Assembly (NCBI GenBank): GCA_003142855.1
Contig: PLNW01000092.1
Span: 11,826 to 75,825 of the forward strand
Source of the DNA: Myxococcales bacterium
GTDB taxonomy: Bacteria > Myxococcota_A > Polyangia > Fen-1088
DNA length: 64,000 nt
Reading direction: 5' to 3'
The position numbers were made by a program, and so were the translations under genes. Shown here piece by piece: positions 1 to 6,958 of the stretch; the first letter of the stretch is position 1; every line of letters begins with the position of its first letter. The notes beneath the pieces are model-generated. The model did not search any database, was not told where the DNA came from, and saw only the letters and a list, made by a program, of their open reading frames with translations.

Positions 1-578
1 ACCTGGGGCCGGCCGTCGTTGCGGCGGTTGAGCGCCAGCGTGGTGTCGACCTTGGCGGGCTCGACCTTGGTAGGTGCCGCCGGGAAGTTGAAGTCCATGC
101 GATCGAAGCCGCCGCCCGATGCCCCGTGCCGGTATTCCAGCCCCGAGGTGGGCATGTGGCCGGTGGCCGCCATGTGCCAGGTGGAAAGAATCAGATCCGC
201 GGTCCAGCGCGGATCGCCCATGGCGTCCACGCTGGGGTTGCGCATCAGCGTGAGCGCCTTCTGCTTGCACTTGGCCACGCAGAAGTGGTCGGTCTTGGCG
301 CAGTCGGGACCGATGCACAGGTGGTCGAGCGGTCGCAGCGTGAAGGTGTAGCCCTCGGGCTTCACGTGCACGCCCTCCGGGCACAGCTTGGCGCACTCGC
401 CGCAGGCCACGCAGTCCGCCGAGCGGTTGATCTTGTACTTGCCCAGGGCATTGTGGTAGCGGTCGGGCGCGGGTCGCACCTGACGGGTCACCGCGAACTC
501 CGACTCGGCATCCGCAGCAGCGGACTGGGCCGGAACCGCCGCGGGCTCGGCTTTGGAGTTAGCGAGAGAGAAGGTCAC
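1..578 (-). CDS. 4Fe-4S ferredoxin-domain / glutamate-synthase-domain-2-like protein; N-terminal part only, gene runs off the window start
   Basis: Absent from the ORF track because it leaves the window. My reverse-strand translation from GTG 578 (TTG 581 is an alternative) reads VTFSLANSKAEPAAV...RYHNALGKYKINRSADCVACGECAKLCPEGVHV...CIGPDCAKTDHFCVAKCKQKAL...LEYRHGASGGGFDRMDF. It contains a CxxCxxCxxxCP ferredoxin motif. The start overlaps the stop of the upstream gene at 559. Confidence 0.6.
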   Translation of the reverse strand, partial: MTFSLANSKAEPAAVPAQSAAADAESEFAVTRQVRPAPDRYHNALGKYKINRSADCVACGECAKLCPEGVHVKPEGYTFTLRPLDHLCIGPDCAKTDHFCVAKCKQKALTLMRNPSVDAMGDPRWTADLILSTWHMAATGHMPTSGLEYRHGASGGGFDRMDFNFPAAPTKVEPAKVDTTLALNRRNDGRPQ

Positions 579-1956
579 CAAATGCCTCCCGTTCGACGTC
601 TTCTTTGAAAATCGCGCGCCCCACCTCGCCGCGCAGGCGCCGCACTTCGCGGATGCCCATGGCGCCCAACACCTCGAGAAGCTGCGAATGCCAGGCCGCC
701 ATGAGATTCACCATGCGTTGGACCACATAGGCGCTCTCCAGCTTCGGGGCCGCGGCCGGACAATGCTCCTGGTGGTCTGCGCTCTGCACCCCGCGACACA
801 CGCGGCAACCCAGCGACACCAGCAGAGCGGTGTCCACGGCCACCAGATCGGCGCCGCAGATGATGGCCTTGGCCATGTGCTCGGGCAAAGCGATGCCGCC
901 GGCGACGATCAACGTGATCTCGTCGCGCACGCCGGCCTTGACCAGGCGGCCGTGGATCTCGCGCATGACATCTTTGATGTGTCGTGGGCTTTCGACTCCC
1001 ACTTCGCACCCATGCAAGTCACCGCTCAGGTGGAAGACCTTCACGCCCGCCTGGCTGAGCTGCAGGATGCGCTCGGCCGCCAGCCCTTGCAGAGGCAGGC
1101 GAACCGCGACGACCAGCTTGGGATTGGCCGTCTTGGCCTTGGCAACCAGGGCCGACACTTCCGGGCCATCCACGAACTCGACCATCCGCACCTGCGGCAA
1201 CAGCGTCTGCACGCTGCCCAGTCCCTCGCTGCCAACCAACGGAACCAAGAACGGCATTTCCGCGGCCGGCGCTCCTGCCACCTCGGCCACGCGAGCCAGT
1301 GCCAGGGTCTTCAACTTCGCCGCTGTGGTCAGCCGGGCGCGCGCAAACTCCTGGCCGCCCACTTGCCAGGCGGGAATATCCAGGATAAGCGGGAGAGGCA
1401 GGTCGATCAGGTCCGCCGCCTCGCCCAGCAACTTGCCGTCATTAGAGAATGAGAGCCGCATGGGCTTGGGCCCGATGTCCACGCTGGTGCTGATGTATTC
1501 GCGACCGTGGATGCCGTCGCGGGTGGGGCGAACGATCTCGGACATGTCGGTCCAGATGGAATCGAAGCCAAAGCCATGGAAGCGGCCGCGGTAACCAGCC
1601 CCGGAAACCGGAACCCGGCCCGTGTCAGACTGGTTCCAGGTGGTGGCCATGATGTCGGGCTTCCAGTAGTCGTCGCCCATGGCCAGGAACTCGGGATTGA
1701 GCGAGATGGCCAGAATCCCCTTGGTGCAGCCCTGCACGCACGACAGGCAGGCGCGACATTCGTAGAGCGGCACAATCGAGGTCTGTGGGTCGCGGTTGTA
1801 GGCCGCTTCCTTGCGGTAGGTGTCGAACACGCAGCGGGGCTTCACGCAGTTGCTGCAGCGGGCGCAATCCTCGCGCCAGTCCACGCTTCCGTACTTGCCG
1901 ACGTGGCGAAAGCGTCCCGGCGTGGGCACTGGCTTGATATGGTACTTCTCAGACAT
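559..1956 (-). CDS. Glutamate-synthase-related FMN/Fe-S protein (GltB domain-2-like)
   Basis: 465-aa ORF. It has N-terminal Cys clusters (CARCSNCVKPRC, CRACLSCVQGC). The C-terminal segment ...LIVAGGIALPEHMAKAIICGADLVAVDTALL... resembles the FMN barrel of the glutamate synthase domain-2 family. It sits 8 nt downstream of the MetF-like gene. Confidence 0.7.
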   Translation of the reverse strand: MSEKYHIKPVPTPGRFRHVGKYGSVDWREDCARCSNCVKPRCVFDTYRKEAAYNRDPQTSIVPLYECRACLSCVQGCTKGILAISLNPEFLAMGDDYWKPDIMATTWNQSDTGRVPVSGAGYRGRFHGFGFDSIWTDMSEIVRPTRDGIHGREYISTSVDIGPKPMRLSFSNDGKLLGEAADLIDLPLPLILDIPAWQVGGQEFARARLTTAAKLKTLALARVAEVAGAPAAEMPFLVPLVGSEGLGSVQTLLPQVRMVEFVDGPEVSALVAKAKTANPKLVVAVRLPLQGLAAERILQLSQAGVKVFHLSGDLHGCEVGVESPRHIKDVMREIHGRLVKAGVRDEITLIVAGGIALPEHMAKAIICGADLVAVDTALLVSLGCRVCRGVQSADHQEHCPAAAPKLESAYVVQRMVNLMAAWHSQLLEVLGAMGIREVRRLRGEVGRAIFKEDVEREAFGDLLSR

Positions 1957-1964
1957 CGTGTGCT

Positions 1965-2849
1965 CTAGGCCAGGCGGGCTTCTTTGATCACCGCTGCGGC
2001 CAGCGGTTCACAGCCCGCGCTGTGGATGTGGATGCCGCGTACCCCGGCCATGGTCTTTGCCTTGCCTGCCACCTCGGCCGCGATGGCCACACCGGCCTGG
2101 GTCGCGTCGCCGCTGCGCAGGCGTTTGATGATGTCGTCGCTGATCGCGCTGCCCGGCCCGCTGCGCAGCTCTTCGGCTTGCGCCACGCTGGTCAGAGGCA
2201 GCACGCTGGCGATGATGGCGGCTTGCTTGTCCAGGCCCGCGGCTCGGATCGCCTTGAGCCATTCTTCAAAACCAGCCAAGTCGAAAATCGGATCGGTCAG
2301 CAGGATCTTCGCGCCCGCCGCGATCTTCTTTCTTGTTTGGGCCATGGCCAATTCCATGGGCCGGAGGTACGGATGAGCGGCTGCGGCCACTGTCAGCGCG
2401 GGCGCTGCCGGAAGCTTGGTTCCGCTGAAATCCAGCCCGGCGCTCGCCATCTTGGCCAGGGCCTGGGTCAACTGGACAGCATCCATGTCGTAGGCGCCCG
2501 CCGCTTGTGGAAATCCGCCCAGTGCCTGGTGCGCGCCCGACATGCAGAAAAAGGTCTTCACGCCGAGAGCAAAGGCGCCAAGCACGTCGGATTCCAGCGC
2601 CACGCGGTTGCGATCGCGCGTGCACAGGCTCAGCACCGGCTCGATCTTCTCCGCGGCCAGCAACGCCGCACAGGCCAAGGCCGAGCCGTGCGCCTGCTCG
2701 GCGTGGTCGCCCACGATCACGCCGTCGAGCGACGGCGGGAAGCACGCCGCCAGCTTCTTCACCGCCGCCGCATCCGTTCCATGCGGAGGAATACAGGCGG
2801 CGGTCACCACCGGTTTTCCGCTGCCCAGTTTCTCGGACAACTTACTCAT
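1965..2849 (-). CDS. Methylenetetrahydrofolate reductase-like protein (MetF family)
   Basis: Start ATG 2849 (MSKLSEKLGSGKPVV...) was chosen inside the 1965..3017 ORF. The product is 294 aa and carries the MTHFR-type motif LSLCTRDRNRVALESDVLGA. It overlaps the upstream stop by 8 nt (2842-2849). The upstream extension to 3017 would overlap the MvhD-like gene and is rejected. Confidence 0.75.
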   Translation of the reverse strand: MSKLSEKLGSGKPVVTAACIPPHGTDAAAVKKLAACFPPSLDGVIVGDHAEQAHGSALACAALLAAEKIEPVLSLCTRDRNRVALESDVLGAFALGVKTFFCMSGAHQALGGFPQAAGAYDMDAVQLTQALAKMASAGLDFSGTKLPAAPALTVAAAAHPYLRPMELAMAQTRKKIAAGAKILLTDPIFDLAGFEEWLKAIRAAGLDKQAAIIASVLPLTSVAQAEELRSGPGSAISDDIIKRLRSGDATQAGVAIAAEVAGKAKTMAGVRGIHIHSAGCEPLAAAVIKEARLA

Positions 2850-3459
2850 CGCCATCATCTTCATCTTCCAGTTGGTACGGGACATCCTCTGACAGGCCTG
2901 TGCTGTGCAACGGGTTCGGGGCCAGGGCAGACACACGCGCGACGAATTGATCGCGCACCGCCGCCACCTTCTGCCCCAGCGCCGCATCCACGCTGGCTGG
3001 GGCCGACGCTCCAGCACCCAGGGCCATGTCCTGCACCGCCGAGCCGGGCAGGTGGAACAACATCAATCGGTCTTTGCCGAGGCCAATCTCTGCCAGAAGC
3101 GAAGAAACCGCCTCAATTCGCCGACGGCAACGCTTGTTGCCTTCGTGATGGTGGCAGTTGCCTTCTTCACAGCACACAACCGCGACGGCGTGCGCACCGC
3201 CTTCAAAGGTCTTGAGAAGGTGCTCCGGCTGCAGCCGGCCCGCACAGGGAACCACCACCTCTTGCACCGGAAACGGCCAGCCGAAGTTCGGCGTCTCGGG
3301 CCGGAAGCGCTTGCCTGACGTGGGCAGGCGGCCGGCGCGCACGCTGTTCTCGCACACGAAAACTACGATCATAGAAACAGCGGCCCCGGCCGGACGCGCG
3401 TCCGCTTGCACTGTCGCCGTTTCAGCCACGAATTGAACCTTTCCGTGCCCTTCGGTCAT
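2842..3459 (-). CDS. MvhD/FlpD-like hydrogenase iron-sulfur (delta) subunit family protein
   Basis: 205-aa ORF with ...MIVVFVCENSV...VVPCAGRLQPEHLLKTFEGGAHAVAVVCCEEGNCHHHEGNKRCRRRIE..., a pattern typical of MvhD/FlpD. It has an acidic C-terminus. The start is uncertain: M1 at 3459 or the internal Met before IVVFVC. Confidence 0.7.
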   Translation of the reverse strand: MTEGHGKVQFVAETATVQADARPAGAAVSMIVVFVCENSVRAGRLPTSGKRFRPETPNFGWPFPVQEVVVPCAGRLQPEHLLKTFEGGAHAVAVVCCEEGNCHHHEGNKRCRRRIEAVSSLLAEIGLGKDRLMLFHLPGSAVQDMALGAGASAPASVDAALGQKVAAVRDQFVARVSALAPNPLHSTGLSEDVPYQLEDEDDGDE

Positions 3460-3699
3460 CTAATAGAGAACCGAGAGACACTGAACGGGTAACAGTAGCC
3501 GGAGGGTCATAACGCCCGGACTTACGGGTCGGGCGGAGCCATGTGAAGTGTACTTTCATAGCGGCCACGAGGTTGGGCAAAGTAGACGAACCGGGCGTCG
3601 TCTGTCTACAGGGACGGAGTGACTGTTTCACTTTTTCGAGTGACTTCAACTGAGCCAAACCACGGCCGAGGCAGTATTTACGGTCAATTCACTTGTCAG

Positions 3700-3777
3700 T
3701 TACGCAATGGAAACAAACGCAATCATTGCGTCGGATTTTTGCGACTTGACGCGGTGCCTGTTTACGCAAAGGAAACA
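3700..3777. promoter_or_regulatory. Candidate operator region: two 16-nt direct repeats plus a perfect 7-1-7 palindrome in an AT-richer intergenic island
   Basis: TTACGCAATGGAAACA (3700-3715) and TTACGCAAAGGAAACA (3762-3777) match at 15 of 16 positions and are 62 bp apart. ACGCAAT-C-ATTGCGT lies at 3717-3731. The region is upstream of the mvhD-metF operon and visibly less GC-rich than its surroundings. Confidence 0.3.
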
Positions 3778-3849
3778 TTTAAGTCACACGCCAGACACAA
3801 ACAGGCTGCGGCGCGTAGCAAAGCGTGGTTGGGTCGAATAGCCCACTTG

Positions 3850-4368
3850 CTAGCGACGGCCGCGGCTGCGTATGGTCTGGGCCAGACTGCGGAAACGCTT
3901 GGCTTCGGCCGGCACGGCGGCCTCGCCCCGCTCGACCGCCTGCAACGCCTCATCAGGACGCCCGGCCTCCAGCAGCGCCACGCCTAGATCCCAGTACGAG
4001 TCCGCCCATTGTGGCGCCAGTGCGATGGCGCGTTCTAGGCTTTGCACGCCTTCGTCCAGGCGGCCCAGGCGCGCGAGCGCCAGACCCAGCCCCTTGCAGG
4101 CGTAGGCGTGGTCGGGCTTGAGAGCGAGGGCTCGACGGCAATGCGCCTCAGTGGTGAGGTAGTCGCCCAGGAAGAAGCAAACGAAACCACCCAGGTCGAG
4201 CAGTGTCAGATTCTCGGGCGCCAGGGCGAGACCCTGATTGATCTTTTCCCGCGCGTCGCCCAGCGCGTGCTCCTCGATGGCGGTGCGGGCCTGCTGGATG
4301 ATGGTGTCGACCTCGGCCGTGGGCGGGGCGGCCTCGGCAGAGGCGCCCGCGGACTCGCCGCTGGTCAT
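3850..4368 (-). CDS. TPR-repeat protein, translationally coupled to rSAM/SPASM enzyme 1
   Basis: 172-aa ORF with TPR-like units (...AHCRRALALKPDHAYACKGLGLALARLGRLDEGVQSLERAIALAPQWADSYWDLGVALLEAGRPDEAL...). An ATGA start/stop overlap with the upstream gene lies at 4365-4368. Confidence 0.7.
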   Translation of the reverse strand: MTSGESAGASAEAAPPTAEVDTIIQQARTAIEEHALGDAREKINQGLALAPENLTLLDLGGFVCFFLGDYLTTEAHCRRALALKPDHAYACKGLGLALARLGRLDEGVQSLERAIALAPQWADSYWDLGVALLEAGRPDEALQAVERGEAAVPAEAKRFRSLAQTIRSRGRR

Positions 4369-5531
4369 GGTTTGCCCCCGGCGGCCGAGGCGGCCCCAGC
4401 CGCACGGCCGTCAAAGTAGCGCACCTCATCTTCGGTGGGCGCCTCGGCCAGCAGTTCAAAGCGCCGGTGTTTGACCACCTGGTGGTAGAAACAGTTTTCG
4501 TTCCCGATTCCGCCCTGAGCGTAGGTGGCCCAACTGCAACCGCCGCGGCACACGTCGCGATAGCGACAGACACGGCAGAACCCGCCCAGCTGATCCTCTT
4601 TGAAAAGCCGGTTGTACGCGAATGCATCCGCGCGGTTCCAGATGTCGCGCAGGCTCTGCCTGCGCACGTTGCCCTCGATGAAACGGGCCTCGCCGAGCAT
4701 CGACGAGGGCAGCGAGAGACACCCCTTCACGTCTCCGCCGCTCTCGATCCCGATCACCTGGCAGCCAGCTCGACAGCCCAGCCAGAAGGGCAAGGCCGTG
4801 TCGGCATCGCGCAGGTCGGGCTCGGGGTTGCCGAAGTAGCCGATGTCGTCGCTGGGATAGACTTTGAATTCAGGGCAGCTGATCCGGCACAACTCCGCGA
4901 TCTGGGGCACCAGCCACAACAGATCTTCGGGCGGCGAAACCATGTCTTTGTGCTCGCCCATGTTCCCGGTGGCGGTGGCGAACTGCAACTGCCAGGCGAA
5001 CACGCGGTGATCCATCAAGAATTGCCGCAACGACTTGAGCTGGCCCTGATTGATTCGGTTGATGGTGGTGTTCACCGCCACGGGCAAGCCAGCCGCCACG
5101 CTGAGATCGATGGCGCGTACCACCTTCACGAAGGAGCCGGGAGCCCGAAATTCGTCATGCTCTTTTTCGAAGCCGTCGATGCTGAAGGCCGCGCCACACA
5201 GCCCGGCCTTCTGCGCCTGATCGATATGTTTGGTCGACCAGGTGAGACCGTTGGAAATTAGGTTGACCCGCGCGCCCAGCTCGACCAGTCGCCGACCCAC
5301 CTCGTGCCAGCCCGGGTACATCGTGGGCTCGCCGCCGCTCAGGGTTATGCGCCGGCACCCAAGCTCCACCAGCTCGCCGGCCACGCGCATGCACTCGTCG
5401 AGCGACAGCTCGTCCGGCCGCTTGCTGCCGGCGATGGAGCCGCAGTGCTTGCACCGCAGGTTGCACGCCAGGGTCAATTCCCACACGCAAGCGCGCGGGA
5501 AGAACCCGACTCGCTGCAGGATTTCAATCAC
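4365..5531 (-). CDS. Radical SAM / SPASM-domain enzyme (cassette 1)
   Basis: 388 aa with a GTG start. It has the CxxxCxxC cluster ELTLACNLRCKHCGS and GGEP (LSGGEPTMYP). The C-terminal auxiliary-cluster Cys pattern is GCRAGCQVIGIESGGDVKGC...GGFCRVCRYRDVCRGGC, i.e. CX2CX5CX3C as in SPASM domains. It starts 17 nt downstream of the repeat-lipoprotein gene. Confidence 0.9.
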   Translation of the reverse strand: MIEILQRVGFFPRACVWELTLACNLRCKHCGSIAGSKRPDELSLDECMRVAGELVELGCRRITLSGGEPTMYPGWHEVGRRLVELGARVNLISNGLTWSTKHIDQAQKAGLCGAAFSIDGFEKEHDEFRAPGSFVKVVRAIDLSVAAGLPVAVNTTINRINQGQLKSLRQFLMDHRVFAWQLQFATATGNMGEHKDMVSPPEDLLWLVPQIAELCRISCPEFKVYPSDDIGYFGNPEPDLRDADTALPFWLGCRAGCQVIGIESGGDVKGCLSLPSSMLGEARFIEGNVRRQSLRDIWNRADAFAYNRLFKEDQLGGFCRVCRYRDVCRGGCSWATYAQGGIGNENCFYHQVVKHRRFELLAEAPTEDEVRYFDGRAAGAASAAGGKP

Positions 5532-5548
5532 GAGGGTGTTCTACCTGA

Positions 5549-6412
5549 CTAGTTCTTAGTCGGCATGGGCGCCATGTAGAGCGGCATCGGCCCCAGGCCG
5601 GCGTCCTGCTTCGGCTGCGGCGCTGAGTACCTCATAGGAAGCCCCGCGTCCGGCATCGTCGCCATGTAGAGAGCCACTGCGCCGCCGAGGTCTTTCTGCC
5701 CGGCGTCCGGCATCACCGCCATGTACTTCGTGGTAAGCCCGGCATCGGGGCCTGGGCTTCCCGCATCCGGCGAGATCGCCATGTACAGAGGATAAATCCC
5801 CGTCATTCCGCCCGCCCCTGTGGCTCCGCCCCCGCCCGACATGCCCGCCATGCCCATGTAGGCGGTAATCCCGCCGCCCCCAACAGTGCCAGGCACCGTT
5901 GCTCCCCCCTTCCCGGTCACTCCGCCTGTTCCCGTCGCTCCCCCCGCGAGCGTCATGCCCGCCATGCCCATATAGACGGTAATCCCGCCCCCTCCAACAG
6001 AGCCAGGCACCGTTGTTCCCCCCTTCCCGGTCACTCCGCCAGTCCCCGTCGCTCCCCCCGCGAACGTCATGCCCGCCATGCCCATGTATAGAGGAACCGC
6101 TGTCATTCCGCCTGCCCCTGTCGCTCCGCCTGGCCCCGTGGCTCCGCCTGCCCCTGTGGTTCCGCCCGCACCGGTCTCTCCGCCGGAGCCCGTCATGCCC
6201 GCCATGGCCATGTACACGGCAATCGCGCCGCCCCCAGCAGAGCCGGCCTGGGCGGATGAAGTATCCGCAGAGCCATCCTGACTGGCGTTCAGCGAGGTAT
6301 CGCCGCAGCCCACCAGCGCGAGCCCGATCCCCATCGAGGCAGGCACCACCACATAACGAACCGTATCCCTGAGGAAAATATGAATGCGCTCTCGGATGTC
6401 TTTCTCTCTCAT
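5549..6412 (-). CDS. Gly/Met-rich repeat lipoprotein with 8 Tyr-Met motifs; putative rSAM substrate (cassette 1)
   Basis: 287 aa. An AAGGAG SD lies 7 nt upstream of ATG 6412. The N-terminus is MREKDIRERIHIFLRDTVRYVVVPASMGIGLALVGC, with lipobox L-V-G-C. The body carries VYMAMAGM, LYMGMAGM, VYMGMAGM, AYMGMAGM, LYMAISPD, KYMAVMPD, LYMATMPD and LYMAPMP. There is no Cys after the lipobox. Confidence 0.75.
   Translation of the reverse strand: MREKDIRERIHIFLRDTVRYVVVPASMGIGLALVGCGDTSLNASQDGSADTSSAQAGSAGGGAIAVYMAMAGMTGSGGETGAGGTTGAGGATGPGGATGAGGMTAVPLYMGMAGMTFAGGATGTGGVTGKGGTTVPGSVGGGGITVYMGMAGMTLAGGATGTGGVTGKGGATVPGTVGGGGITAYMGMAGMSGGGGATGAGGMTGIYPLYMAISPDAGSPGPDAGLTTKYMAVMPDAGQKDLGGAVALYMATMPDAGLPMRYSAPQPKQDAGLGPMPLYMAPMPTKN
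5840..6090. repeat. 114-bp in-frame tandem repeat (about 2.2 units) inside the cassette-1 lipoprotein gene
   Basis: CATGCCCGCCATGCCCATRTA recurs at 5840, 5954 and 6068, a period of 114 nt (38 aa: YMGMAGMT[LF]AGGATGTGGVTGKGG[AT]TVPG[ST]VGGGGIT). A diverged copy lies at 6194. Confidence 0.8.
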
Positions 6413-6958
6413 GATCGGCTCCTTGCGCTACCGAGTGACTACTTGCGACGTTCCGCTCTCCCGAGAACAGCAAGTGTCATGCCACGGACTTTCAGCCTGC
6501 ACGGGACAGGCAAGTCCTCATAATAGCACGTGCGCCGAGGCCTTCCCCGGTGCTTTCTATGAAGCTCGTGGCAGCGTCGTCTCAGATTTCTGAGGCGATG
6601 CCCGGATGTGAATCACCCGCCAACGCGATCCGTCGCGCTCCGGTCTATGGCTACCTAGCCGCCGGAGCCGCCGCTGGGTACTCCCCGGCCAGCATCCCGT
6701 AGATGCGCGAGCTGCGGAAATGGTTGCGCAGCCACACGTATCACGGATGAGAAGCCTCTGGGTCCGGATCGGATCGATGCGCGGCATGTCTTCTCCAGTT
6801 GGCGGTGCGAAAGGCATTCGATCCCCGACCGCGTCGGGGTGTCAAACAACGCCGTCCCGCGCCCAGTGAGCCAGAAGTGAACGCCCCTGCTACTGGAAGG
6901 GTTGAGCGGCGCGAGGGCGCAGCGTGAACCGGCGAGCTTTGACCTCGGAGGAGTCACC

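Noticed and set aside
3460-3700. Possible riboswitch (SAM, THF or cobalamin) in the leader of the mvhD-metF operon.
   Set aside because: Reading the minus-strand leader, I could not find the conserved cores of these riboswitch classes as I remember them. Only small local hairpins appear. A covariance-model scan (Rfam/Infernal) would be needed to settle it.
3422-3987. ORFs 3422..3658 (-) and 3619..3987 (+) in the intergenic island.
   Set aside because: They are short, have no motifs, overlap the TPR gene 3' end or the AT-rich regulatory-looking region, and their codon usage is atypical for this genome.
5840-6200. Regularly spaced direct repeats that could be mistaken for a CRISPR array. Others are at 7328-7399, 34974-35035 and 57361-57435.
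   Set aside because: The repeats are contiguous with no unique spacers, stay in frame, and encode peptide repeats inside ORFs. No cas genes are present in the window.
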